In this document: positions 8,392 through 17,486 of the stretch, piece after piece
Layout of the letters: every line of letters begins with the position of its first letter
Position numbering within the stretch: the first letter of the stretch is position 1
Assembly (NCBI GenBank): GCA_947589395.1
Contig: CANQAA010000002.1
Location: 1-59,745 of the forward strand
From: an uncultured Clostridia bacterium
Lineage (GTDB): Bacteria; Bacillota; Clostridia; Christensenellales; CAG-917
Length of the DNA: 59,745 nucleotides
Direction: 5' to 3'
Notes under the pieces: model-generated
Seen by the model: the letters and a program-made list of their open reading frames with translations, nothing else
The model's database searches: none
What the model was told of the DNA's origin: nothing
Translations under genes and position numbers: made by a program

Positions 8392-9501
8392 TCATGCGAG
8401 TTTCAGCACAGTGATGTTTGCGCCGAAATACGACGTCGTCTGCCCCGATACGTTGTATATCGACAGCGTGGTGGGGACGGCGGCGGTGTAGATGATGGTC
8501 TTGCTCACGTTCGCCGCGCCCGTGTCTGTTGCGTTGTCCGATATGGTCTCGTTTGCGATGGGAGAGCCGTTCTCGTACAGTTGCACGCTCAGGTTGGCGG
8601 TGGTCGTACTCGTGCCCGAAGCGCCGTAGTTCACAAGGTAGGTGCCAACAGGCAGGCTCACCGCGTTATCCGCAACGGACAGAGTTGTCGCGGGAGTCGC
8701 CGCAGTCTGCGTGATGGGGATTATTGTGGCAGTGTCCACGCTTTGCGCGCCCGCGCTCGCATACAGTCCGTCGATGGCGGGGGAGGGGATGCCAAACGCA
8801 AAGTCGAACACCGTCGCCGTGCTCGGTCCGCTCGCCGTCACCGAAACGGTAGGCTCCGATCCTGCGGGCAGTTCCTCGACTGTTGCCGTAGGAGTGCCAA
8901 ACCCCGCCGCTTCGCCTGCGGGTCCGGCTACGCCTTGAGGACCTTGAGCGCCCGTTGCCCCTGCAGGACCTTGTGGACCTGTAGCTCCGGTCTCGCCTTG
9001 AGGTATGCCGAATGTGAATTCAAAGATTTGCGCCGTGCTCGGACCGCTTGCCGCCACAGTCACGGTCGGAGTCGACCCCGCAGGCAGGGCAGTCGCCGTT
9101 GCCGTTGGAGTGCCAAATCCTGCCGCTTCGCCTGCAGGACCCGCTACGCCCTGAGGACCTTGCGGGCCCGTTGCGCCCGTTGCTCCCGCAGGACCTTGCG
9201 GACCGGTAGCTCCCGTCTCGCCCTGAGGACCTTGAGGTCCTTGTGGGCCGATCGGGCCTTGCGGACCTGTTGCGCCGGGTATGCCTTGAGGGCCGGGCGC
9301 TCCCTGCGGACCGACGGGACCCTGCGGTCCTTGAAGCCCGCGCACATATTGCACGCTTGAGAACGATCCGCAGCATGGATTGACGGGCGCAGGTTGACAG
9401 CCGCAAGATGGGACGCCGAGAGGTTGGTTGCCAAAAGGAATGTTGGGATGGCAGCCCGTCTCGGGGCGATTGCAATTGTTTGAGCCAAAGTTGAAAAACA
9501 T
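8392..9501 (-). CDS. collagen-like triple-helix repeat protein with a Cys-rich N-terminus and a BclA-like C-terminal globular domain
   Basis: Long Gly-X-Y runs ([24 protein letters not shown]...). AGGAGG SD 6 nt upstream. The C-terminal 130 aa are rich in T/S/A/N, as in BclA/C1q-like exosporium fibre heads. The N-terminal 54 aa carry 6 Cys. Confidence 0.85.
   Translation of the reverse strand: MFFNFGSNNCNRPETGCHPNIPFGNQPLGVPSCGCQPAPVNPCCGSFSSVQYVRGLQGPQGPVGPQGAPGPQGIPGATGPQGPIGPQGPQGPQGETGATGPQGPAGATGATGPQGPQGVAGPAGEAAGFGTPTATATALPAGSTPTVTVAASGPSTAQIFEFTFGIPQGETGATGPQGPAGATGAQGPQGVAGPAGEAAGFGTPTATVEELPAGSEPTVSVTASGPSTATVFDFAFGIPSPAIDGLYASAGAQSVDTATIIPITQTAATPATTLSVADNAVSLPVGTYLVNYGASGTSTTTANLSVQLYENGSPIANETISDNATDTGAANVSKTIIYTAAVPTTLSIYNVSGQTTSYFGANITVLKLA
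8785..9222 (-). repeat. in-frame tandem duplication inside the collagen-like gene (two units of 74 and 71 codons)
   Basis: Unit 1 (9222-9001) and unit 2 (8997-8785) both encode [38 protein letters not shown]...LPAGS.PTV.V.ASGPSTA..F.F.FGIP. Unit 1 has one extra GXY triplet. Confidence 0.9.
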
Positions 9502-9849
9502 AATGTGCCTCCTTAAATTTTATGTACAATCCTCAGGAGACGCCGAATAACTCAACACATATGCGCATTTCATCTGAAAATCGTCTGTGTTTTACAACGC
9601 TCGTTGCACATTTCGCGCCGCCGTTTGTGCATATAAATCGCCGCCGCTATTGCATTTGATTGCCCGCTTGCCCATTTTACTTTCGCTTGTATGTTTCGCC
9701 TACCATTTCAAGCACATTCAATGCTTTTTTGTCCGCTCGGCAGTTCACGCGCATTGCCGTGTATTTGTCAAGCTATTGTTTATGCGTTCGTCTGATATAT
9801 ACTATTCGTTTTTGCGCTAATGGGTTCAAATGAAAATTCGGGTTTTGTG

Positions 9850-9878
9850 TTGACGACGCGCGCAAGATATGTATAAAA
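9850..9878 (+). promoter_or_regulatory. sigma-A-type promoter placed to give a leaderless transcript of the CDF gene
   Basis: TTGACG (9850-9855), 17-nt spacer, TGT-TATAAA (9870-9878). The ATG at 9886 is 7 nt after the -10 box, and there is no SD. Confidence 0.5.
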
Positions 9879-9885
9879 TATCTAT

Positions 9886-10995
9886 ATGAGCGACTCCTTG
9901 AACAAGCGTTTACGCGGCGGGATAAGCGTTGCCGCCGCCGGCATATTTTGCAATGTTTTGTTGTCCGCCGCAAAAATTGCGGTCGGCGTTATATTTGCAA
10001 CTGTTTCGGTGGTCGCAGATGGCTTTAACAACCTTAGCGACTGCGCAGGAGGCATTGTAGCGCTCGTTTCATTGCTCATAGCTTTCAAACCTGCCGACGC
10101 CAAGCATCCATACGGGCATCGTCGTGCCGAATACATAGCGTCAATGATCATGGGCATGCTTGTGATGCTTGTGTCGGTGGAACTTGCGCGCGAAAGCGTC
10201 GGAAAGATCATTTCCGGCGAGTCGGCGCAGACGTCCGCCGTCGTATATGGGGTGTTGGCGGCGTCTGTCTTTATAAAAGCGGCAATGTTTGCCGTATACA
10301 GAGTTATCGCCAAACGCAACGATTCGGACGCTCTCAAAGCGGCTGCCGTAGACAGTTTGTGCGATTGCGTTGCCACGTTGGCGGTGATCGCGGGCGCGAT
10401 AATGGGGCAGTTCGGTTTGCGCGCCGACGGATGGGTGGGCGTTATAGTGGCATTGTTTATTTTTGCGCAGGGCGCTAAAATTTTAGCCGACGCAAGTTCG
10501 AAGTTGCTGGGGCAGGCGCCAGACAAGCAAACCGAACAGCGCGTATGCGAGACTATCAAACGTGCCGATTATGTGTTGGGCGTGCATGATTTGCATATTT
10601 ACACCTACGGCAGCGGTATGTCTTTTGCAACTGTGCATGTGCAAATGGACGCAAACGTGCCTTCTATTGAAGCGCACGCCATATTGGATCGTTTGGAAAG
10701 GGAGATCTTACTTGTCGAAAACATACACCTTACCACGCATCTCGACCCCGTCGTGTTGGACGACGCAGAAGCCGTTGAGCTACAAAAACGCATTGAACAA
10801 GCGATCTCCGATATAAGCGAAGGAATATGTATGCACGATTTTCGATTGGTGCGCGGCGACGTCGACAAAATAATATTCGACATAAGCGCGCCGTATTCTT
10901 GCAAGCTGTCCGACTCCGACATAGCCGAAAAAGCAGAGCAAGCGGTATGCGCTTTGGGCAACTATTTGCCGTCCGTTACGGTGGATCGCGAATAA
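9886..10995 (+). CDS. cation diffusion facilitator family exporter (site-A residues N-D/D-D, Mn/Fe-type by analogy with MntE)
   Basis: CDF signature HPYGHRRAEY. TM2 has ADGFNNLSD (NxxxD) and TM5 has VDSLCD (DxxxD). Six predicted TM helices plus a C-terminal cytoplasmic domain. Confidence 0.88.
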   Translation: MSDSLNKRLRGGISVAAAGIFCNVLLSAAKIAVGVIFATVSVVADGFNNLSDCAGGIVALVSLLIAFKPADAKHPYGHRRAEYIASMIMGMLVMLVSVELARESVGKIISGESAQTSAVVYGVLAASVFIKAAMFAVYRVIAKRNDSDALKAAAVDSLCDCVATLAVIAGAIMGQFGLRADGWVGVIVALFIFAQGAKILADASSKLLGQAPDKQTEQRVCETIKRADYVLGVHDLHIYTYGSGMSFATVHVQMDANVPSIEAHAILDRLEREILLVENIHLTTHLDPVVLDDAEAVELQKRIEQAISDISEGICMHDFRLVRGDVDKIIFDISAPYSCKLSDSDIAEKAEQAVCALGNYLPSVTVDRE

Positions 10996-11330
10996 TTTGC
11001 GTCCGTACGATTGCCTCAAATGGGGTTTTCTAGCAGTCGCGTTCGGTCGTCTTTCATATAATCCTCTGGCAACCCCTTGACAGATTTGGGAATAGGTTTA
11101 CAAGGGGTTACAGAATATGTGGCGTATGAACGAGAATGATTTGCACGGGAAAATTGTCAAACGGAAAGCCTTGTCAAAAACCTCGTGTAGGATTCGCCTC
11201 GATGAAACCAAGTGCCGCGAGATGAGTTCCACTTCGGCACAATCACAAAACGCGTCGTCCTATATCGCGGGGAGAGCACAAGCTTCGACGCCGTCGAGTA
11301 TAAGAACATCGAGGAGTTCTTAACCGATCA

Positions 11331-11359
11331 TTGACATACAAAAGCGCTCATGATAAAAT
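11331..11359 (+). promoter_or_regulatory. sigma-A-type promoter
   Basis: TTGACA (11331-11336), 17 nt, TGA-TAAAAT (11351-11359, extended -10). Confidence 0.6.
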
Positions 11360-11383
11360 ATAAAAAAACGCGAGGTGAAAAGT

Positions 11384-11785
11384 ATGTACTGTAAAAATTG
11401 TGGAAAAGAACTTTCCGAAGAAGCCCTTATGTGCCCCAACTGCGGAACGCCGACGGGCAACAAACCCCATGTGCGCAAATCGGCGCATGCGGTGTCGTCC
11501 GCGTCTCTTGGCGTCATCGCGTTCTTTCTCGGGTGTTTTTCATTCGTGACGGGTATTATTTTCGGTGCGTTTTTCTATGTTTATCCCGCCGCGTCGTTGC
11601 TTCTTTATATAATCGGCGCAACGACGATCATGCCCGCCTTAGCTACGATCTGTCTCGGCATTGCAGCGCTTATGCGAGAAATACAATCGCGATATCGCGT
11701 CTTAACGATCGTTGCGATCGTACTCGCGGGAATAAGCCTTCTCTTCTTGTATTTGACCGCCTGTATTTTGGCAAGCAGATTTTAA
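11384..11785 (+). CDS. zinc-ribbon domain membrane protein
   Basis: MYCKNCGKELSEEALMCPNCGTP is a CxxC...CxxC ribbon, followed by three or more hydrophobic helices. ATG 11384 has a GAGGTG SD 6 nt upstream. The ORF-track start at 11375 is a GTG inside the SD. Confidence 0.7.
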   Translation: MYCKNCGKELSEEALMCPNCGTPTGNKPHVRKSAHAVSSASLGVIAFFLGCFSFVTGIIFGAFFYVYPAASLLLYIIGATTIMPALATICLGIAALMREIQSRYRVLTIVAIVLAGISLLFLYLTACILASRF

Positions 11786-12539
11786 TTGCAAAAACGCTTG
11801 TTAAATGATGTTGTAAAATCTTTACGCCGTCCTCGTTTTCCCGACGGAGACGGTTTATTTTATCTTGACGATGTATTGTGACGACAAACTGCCCATACAC
11901 AAATTTGAGATCTATATGGAAAAGATAAGATTTTCACCGAAACATTTACTTGCTTTTAAAGTTGCCATAAAAAGTTGAGTGAACAAGAAATTGAAGATAA
12001 CTGATGCCATAAAAAAAGAGGTATATTGGCAAAAAACGATGTTTATCTCGCATTTTAGTGATATAAAGTTTATGTTTTGAAATTATCATGTTTGACGGTC
12101 GTAGGTTTGCCGACGGGGCGGAAGAGCGAAATCGGCGGACGTTTTTGCGGTCGTGTGTTAGCGTAAATCTTGTGATTCGGAGAGCGCGCAAGGTTTTTTG
12201 CGTGTAGTGATTATTGAGAGCGGATCGCCGAAAAGCGGCTCGCTGAGAGGGAATCGACGGGAAGACACATATCAATGCAAGGTTTGGCGGAGATTGTGGG
12301 AAGAAAATGGGAGGAGAGATGTAACCGGGTGTGGGAAAGCGCGTATAATATTCGGAAAACGAAGGGAGAAATTGTATATAGGTATAGTATACCGATACAA
12401 AATGCGCGAAGTGTATAAAAAAGCATAAAATACTTATTTTTTGTTATAAAATAATAAATAAAAAGTATATTGTAAATCCATGAAAAATGCGATATACTTC
12501 AATTATTAAATGATAGAAATAAATTTACGGAGGCATAAT

Positions 12540-13427
12540 ATGGCAGCGGCAGTGTCGACACTCTCGGACAGATTCAAGGCGTATCTGCAAGAGGAATTTC
12601 ACAAGATCACGCCCACCAAAGCGGCGATGGAATTTCGCAAAAAACTGTTGGTCGAGATGCTGGATAGGGAACAGGAGCTCAAGATCAAGGGCGTCACGGA
12701 CGACGAGCTCATATTCAAGTTGGTAGTCGAAGGGTTGGGCGATTTGCCCGCGCGGCTTGACGAATTCGAGCATAGAGAGGTAAGATCCATCAAGCAAAAG
12801 CGCTATATAACCGTTGCCGTCAGCGTGGCGAGCGCGCTTTTGGGGCTTGTGGCGCTCATATACGTTATAGTAGGCGTGACGACAAAGGCCTGGCATCCGA
12901 CGTGGCTGCTGCTTGTGGGCGCTGCGTTTTTGGAGTTCACTGCGGGGCTCGTTTTCCTCGCGGTCCTGAAAATCAAGCAAAAAAAATACGTTTTGTTCAG
13001 GCTGCTCGTTGCGGCGGTATTAGTGCTTTTCAGCGTATACGTCTATTTGCTTTTGGAGCTCGTTTTCCCGATCGGCGACGGGTGCTATCTCACCTTCCTT
13101 GCGATGATACCGCTCGTGCTTGGCGTTGACACGACGCTCGCGTTTGTCACGTCAAACAAATTGAGATGGGTCGAACTTCCCATATTCATCGAGGTCTTCG
13201 GGGTCATGTTGTACGTCATTTTGGGCTTGATTCTCGACCCCATTTTGCATACCGGCGTCAGTTTTTGGCATCCGGGCTGGCTGCTTTGCCTGATGGGCGT
13301 TATATGCGCGCTCGTGGAGGGCATAGTGTTTCTTGTCACTTTCAGCTCAAAGCGCGCCAAAAAAGAGAAAAACGAGAGCGACGACCTCAACAAAAAAGTG
13401 GACGAAAAGTATTGGACGGAGTGGTGA
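12540..13427 (+). CDS. polytopic membrane protein with an N-terminal cytoplasmic helical (DUF1700/HAAS-like) domain
   Basis: GGAGG SD 7 nt before ATG 12540. The soluble helical N-terminus (about 90 aa) is followed by about six hydrophobic helices. The tail is Lys/Glu-rich. Confidence 0.7.
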   Translation: MAAAVSTLSDRFKAYLQEEFHKITPTKAAMEFRKKLLVEMLDREQELKIKGVTDDELIFKLVVEGLGDLPARLDEFEHREVRSIKQKRYITVAVSVASALLGLVALIYVIVGVTTKAWHPTWLLLVGAAFLEFTAGLVFLAVLKIKQKKYVLFRLLVAAVLVLFSVYVYLLLELVFPIGDGCYLTFLAMIPLVLGVDTTLAFVTSNKLRWVELPIFIEVFGVMLYVILGLILDPILHTGVSFWHPGWLLCLMGVICALVEGIVFLVTFSSKRAKKEKNESDDLNKKVDEKYWTEW

Positions 13428-13451
13428 TCCAAGCTTGGGAGGTGTTCGTTT

Positions 13452-14753
13452 ATGAGAAAAAAACTCAAAGCCGAAGTTTGGGACAGGATGCAATTTTTGT
13501 TCAGAAACTATTATGACAGAATGATACATCTGAAACTCTCTTATCAAGGCACGCTCGACAAGGACGCGCTCAAAAACGCCGTCCTCTATATGGTGGAAAA
13601 CGCGCCTGTTTTGCACAGCAGCTTTCACTCCGACGTGGTAGAGCCGTATTGGAAAGAAGAAAAGTATACCATCGACGACATATTGAGCGTGACTGCCTCA
13701 GACGACGCCGAGAGTGCGGCGGACGCGTTTTTGCTTGGCGTCATTCCGTACGAAAACAACGTGCAGATCAAAATAGCCCTGTTTGAAGAAGGGAACAAGA
13801 GCGTGCTTGCCGCCCGCGTCAATCATATGTGCATGGACGGCGGAGACCTCAAATATTTCATCGCGACGCTCGTTGAAAACTACAACAACTTGAAGCGCGA
13901 AAACTATTCCTCCGTGCACGTCAAGACGGGCACGAGGAGCCTCGACCAGATTTATTCCAAGTTTGAAGGCGAGGATCTCAAACACGCCAAAGGGCTTTAC
14001 AAAAACATCGCCAAGTTCAAGGACAAAAAGGTGGAGTTCCCGTTCTCCCCGCCCGATCAACTCGATCGCAACACGATCGTGAGAAGGGACATAGACCCCG
14101 AGCGATTTTCCGGTATGCACGCTGTCGCAAAGTCTATGGGCATCACGGTGAACGACGCCGTCATGGCGATCGTGGTAAGGTCGCTGTACGAGATATGCGA
14201 CCTCGACGACAAAGATTGTCTCACCGTCTCCTGCGCGATTGACCTTAGAAAACACATCGTGGAGGGCGGAGCGCAGGGCGGCATGACCAATCACACCGCG
14301 TGGCTTGCTTGTCGCACTCCAGAAAAGGGCGAGACCATCAAGGACACCGTCGTCAACGTGCTTCGCTCGATGAAAGTGCACAAAAGAGACAAGTTTATCG
14401 GCTTGTACTCCCTTCCGCTTTTGAAGCTTGCGTACACCATATTGCCTCAGGACCTCGCGGAGTTCGCGATAAAGAAAGGCTACGACAACCCCTTGCTTGC
14501 GGTCAGCAACATTGGCGTCCTCGATGAGAAAAAGCTCACGTTTGACGGCACGACCCTCGTGGACGGCTTTATGACGGGCGCGGTCAAGCACAAGCCGTAC
14601 TTCCTCATGTCCGTGACGACGGTGCTCGGCAAGATGACGCTTTCGACCACCACGCACGGCAACGAAAAGGACGTCGAGATCGTCAACCGCTTCTTTGATA
14701 TAGTAGAGAAAAATCTCGGCGAGTTTATCGCCTGCTCTAAAAGCGCGCAATGA
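13452..14753 (+). CDS. stand-alone condensation (C)-domain superfamily acyltransferase (HxxxDG motif)
   Basis: 433 aa. NHMCMDGGD, with His at 13824-13826 and Asp-Gly at 13836-13841, matches the HHxxxDG catalytic motif of NRPS C / PapA5 / WS-DGAT type enzymes. GGGAGG SD. Confidence 0.6.
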   Translation: MRKKLKAEVWDRMQFLFRNYYDRMIHLKLSYQGTLDKDALKNAVLYMVENAPVLHSSFHSDVVEPYWKEEKYTIDDILSVTASDDAESAADAFLLGVIPYENNVQIKIALFEEGNKSVLAARVNHMCMDGGDLKYFIATLVENYNNLKRENYSSVHVKTGTRSLDQIYSKFEGEDLKHAKGLYKNIAKFKDKKVEFPFSPPDQLDRNTIVRRDIDPERFSGMHAVAKSMGITVNDAVMAIVVRSLYEICDLDDKDCLTVSCAIDLRKHIVEGGAQGGMTNHTAWLACRTPEKGETIKDTVVNVLRSMKVHKRDKFIGLYSLPLLKLAYTILPQDLAEFAIKKGYDNPLLAVSNIGVLDEKKLTFDGTTLVDGFMTGAVKHKPYFLMSVTTVLGKMTLSTTTHGNEKDVEIVNRFFDIVEKNLGEFIACSKSAQ

Positions 14754-15061
14754 GTTATTACGACAAAGTGTACGAGATAGTGCGCAAGATCCCAAAGGGC
14801 AGAGTGGCGACCTATGGTCAGATAGCGCTTCTTTGCGGCTCTCCGCGTGCGTCGAGAGCGGTGGGCTATGCGCTTCACTTCAACCCCGACCCCGAGCATG
14901 TCCCGTGCTTCAGGGTGGTCAACCGCTTTGGAGGGTGCGCGCCGGCGTTCGCCTTCGGAGGAAAAGACGTGCAAGCGTCGCTTTTGAGAGCGGACGGCAT
15001 TGAGGTGAGCGAGGACGGCTTCGTGGACCTTGAAAAATATCTTTGGAGACCAAATGAATAA
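14750..15061 (+). CDS. MGMT-family DNA-binding domain protein (short YbaZ/COG3695-like form), active-site variant PCFRV
   Basis: IPKGRVATYGQIA...SRAVGYAL...VPCFRVVN matches the alkyltransferase C-terminal fold. The ATGA start/stop overlap with the upstream gene suggests translational coupling. Confidence 0.82.
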   Translation: MSYYDKVYEIVRKIPKGRVATYGQIALLCGSPRASRAVGYALHFNPDPEHVPCFRVVNRFGGCAPAFAFGGKDVQASLLRADGIEVSEDGFVDLEKYLWRPNE

Positions 15062-15086
15062 ACCGAGCGACTTGCTCGGTTTTTTA
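15062..15086 (+). terminator. intrinsic terminator
   Basis: ACCGAGC-GACTT-GCTCGGT stem-loop followed by TTTTTAT. Confidence 0.75.
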
Positions 15087-15119
15087 TATCTATATTTGCT
15101 AAATTGCACCTGTGTTGAG

Positions 15120-16862
15120 TTATTTTGCAAGTTCGCTCATAAAAGATAGATATGCGTCGGCTTGTTTTGTCGCGGCGTCCATAGTTGATTTCGAGGACGC
15201 GGCGTAAAACTTGAGCTTGGGCTCGGTGCCGGAGGGGCGCACGCAGATCCAGTCCCCGCCCTCGAGTTGAAGCTTGAGAGCGTTGGTTTTGGGAAGATCT
15301 ATGGGATGCTCGACGGGAGGAGTTGAATTGACGTAGGTCACGCCGTCCACGAAGTCGCTTTGAGAGAGCACTTTCACGCCCGCGACCTGAGAGAAGCGGG
15401 TGTGACGGAGCTTGAGCATGATATCTGCCATCTTGCTCATGCCGTCCAGCCCTCCGAAAGTGACGGATATCGCCTTTTCCTTGAAATAGCCGTAGCGGGC
15501 GAAAATTTGTTGGAGCAAGTCGTAGACGGTGACGCCCAAGCCTTTGAGATAACACACCATCTCGGCAAACATCATAGAGGCTACGACCGCGTCCTTGTCG
15601 CGCGCGTGCGTGCCGACCAGCGACCCGTAGCTCTCCTCGAAGCCGAAGAGATAGACGAACTCGCCGCTCTCTTCCCATTCCTTTATCTTTTCTCCGATGA
15701 ACTTGAAGCCCGTGAGCACGTCAAAAGTCGTGACGCCAAAGTCGTTTGCAATCGCTCTTGCAAGTTCCGTCGTGACGATGGTCTTGACGATCGCGCCGTT
15801 TGACGGCAACGTGCCCGTCTCCTTTTTGCGCCGCAAGATGTAGTAGAGCAGCAAAACGCCGATCTGATTTCCGTTGAGAAGGACGAACTCGCCGCTGTCG
15901 TTTTTGACGGCGACGCCCATTCTGTCCGCGTCGGGATCGGTGCCGATGACGATGTCGCTGCCAATCATTTTTGCAAGCTCGACGCCCATTTTGAGGGTGT
16001 CCGCCTCTTCGGGGTTGGGGACGCGCACGGTCGGGAAGTCGCTGTCCGGCACGGCTTGCTCTAAAACGATATTCACACTGATTCCCATACGGCTCAAGAT
16101 AGAGCGCACGGGCTTGAAGCCGCTGCCATGCACGGGAGTGTACACGATCTTGATGTCCTTGCCGTACTTTTTCACCTCGTCGGGGGAGAGGGAGAGCTTT
16201 TGAATTTCGTCAAAATACATATCGTCCACGTCGCTGCCTATCACGATGAGGCGGTCGCTCAGCTTGCAAAAGTCGAGCTTTTTGAGGCTTTCGGGAGTGA
16301 GACCGCTGCGCTTTGTCGCGATATGAAAGTAGGGAGTTTGAGAGATATATTTCACGACCTTTTCGGTGGATTCGGGGGACATTTGCGCGCCGTCCTCGCC
16401 GTAGACCTTATAGCCGTTGTAAATTTTGGGGTTGTGGGAGGCGGTGATCATTATGCCCGCAAAGGCTTTTAAGCGGCGCACCGCAAACGAGCAAAGCGGC
16501 ACGGGATGCACGTCGCTGAAAAGATATGCGCGAATGTTGTTTTGAGTGAGAACTTCTGCGGCAAGAATGGCAAATTCCGCCGAGAACTTGCGCGTGTCGT
16601 AGGAGATGACCACGCCGTCGTTCTCGCGTCCCTGCTCGATGATGTAGTCCGCAAGTCCCTTCGTCGCGCGGCGCACGGTGAAGCGATTCATGCGATTTAT
16701 GCCCGGTTCGAGCACTCCGCGCATGCCCGCAGTCCCAAACGCGAGGGGAGCAAAAAACGCTTCCTTTTGCTGCTCGTCGCTCATATTGTTTATGGCAAAG
16801 ATCTCCTCGTCGGTCAATTCGCCCGACGAAAGCCACTCCTCAACTGTTTTTTTGTAGTCCAT
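15120..16862 (-). CDS. pgcA: phosphoglucomutase / phospho-sugar mutase (alpha-D-phosphohexomutase family)
   Basis: 580 aa. Active-site loop TASHNPKIYNGYKVY and Mg loop GTDPDADR. GAGGA SD. Confidence 0.9.
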   Translation of the reverse strand: MDYKKTVEEWLSSGELTDEEIFAINNMSDEQQKEAFFAPLAFGTAGMRGVLEPGINRMNRFTVRRATKGLADYIIEQGRENDGVVISYDTRKFSAEFAILAAEVLTQNNIRAYLFSDVHPVPLCSFAVRRLKAFAGIMITASHNPKIYNGYKVYGEDGAQMSPESTEKVVKYISQTPYFHIATKRSGLTPESLKKLDFCKLSDRLIVIGSDVDDMYFDEIQKLSLSPDEVKKYGKDIKIVYTPVHGSGFKPVRSILSRMGISVNIVLEQAVPDSDFPTVRVPNPEEADTLKMGVELAKMIGSDIVIGTDPDADRMGVAVKNDSGEFVLLNGNQIGVLLLYYILRRKKETGTLPSNGAIVKTIVTTELARAIANDFGVTTFDVLTGFKFIGEKIKEWEESGEFVYLFGFEESYGSLVGTHARDKDAVVASMMFAEMVCYLKGLGVTVYDLLQQIFARYGYFKEKAISVTFGGLDGMSKMADIMLKLRHTRFSQVAGVKVLSQSDFVDGVTYVNSTPPVEHPIDLPKTNALKLQLEGGDWICVRPSGTEPKLKFYAASSKSTMDAATKQADAYLSFMSELAK

Positions 16863-16937
16863 AGCGTCCTCACTTTGTTTTTCTGACTAACATTATAAGC
16901 GCAAAGCGAGGCGATTGCAAGCGTACGCGACTTATTT

Positions 16938-17402
16938 TCAAAACAGTTTGAATTTTGAAAAGAACAATTTTTTCAGCCTGTCCCGCTCTTCGCTCTCAAG
17001 CGAGTTCAGATATTTGTCGCCCGCCGTCTTTGCAAGCGAGAGGAGGGCAAGATCCTTCATAGCGGCAAGCTCGTCGAGGGAGCGATCCATATCCGCCCGC
17101 GATAAGAGGTCGTGAAGAAGAATTAGCGCCGCAAGTTTTTGACGCGACGCGTGCAAGCGCTCTTCAAGTCGCTCTATCCTCTCTTCCTTCAGAGCGCTGA
17201 ATATAGGTGCATGCGCCACTTCTTTTTCGTAAAGCTCGATAATTTGGGGAGTGAGAAAGGAGTATAAGTCCTTCGCTTCGGCAACGGACGCTTCGCTTTG
17301 AAAATTGCAAAACACGATGTTTATACCGCATAAAACGAACGATAAACATGCGATAATGCAAAATGTTGTCAAAAACGCCACAAGAAAATTTTTTGCTTTC
17401 AT
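16938..17402 (-). CDS. hypothetical membrane-anchored coiled-coil protein
   Basis: The preferred start MKAKNFLVAFLTTFCIIACLSFVLCGI (ATG 17402) gives an N-terminal TM helix. The rest is helical and charged. No recognisable family. Confidence 0.5.
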   Translation of the reverse strand: MKAKNFLVAFLTTFCIIACLSFVLCGINIVFCNFQSEASVAEAKDLYSFLTPQIIELYEKEVAHAPIFSALKEERIERLEERLHASRQKLAALILLHDLLSRADMDRSLDELAAMKDLALLSLAKTAGDKYLNSLESEERDRLKKLFFSKFKLF

Positions 17403-17486
17403 ACAAGTATTTTGCGCTTCATTTAACAAATTATAGCAAATGAAAAATTTTTGAAACCAAAATTTTGTTTTTTGCATACTACTGAT

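Noticed and set aside
8329-9360. 343-aa Arg-rich ORF on the + strand
   Set aside because: It lies antisense to the collagen-like gene. It is the expected shadow frame of GC-rich GXY codons (Arg/Ala/Cys-rich composition), has no SD, and overlaps the terminator.
11117-11323. 68-aa ORF, and an alternative ~40-codon frame ending ...VLYRGESTSFDAVEYKNIEEFLTDH
   Set aside because: There is no SD. The composition is low-complexity or odd, and the region overlaps the space upstream of the 11331 promoter. It may be a gene remnant, but it cannot be supported.
12198-12260. CUGAGA-containing segment examined as a possible TPP or other riboswitch
   Set aside because: Only the short CUGAGA string matches. 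The ACCUGA/pyrimidine-sensor helix elements and the overall THI-box architecture are absent.
13698-14795. 365-aa minus-strand ORF
   Set aside because: It is antisense to the condensation-domain gene, which has the SD, the motif and operon logic. The ORF itself is Arg/Val-rich shadow sequence.
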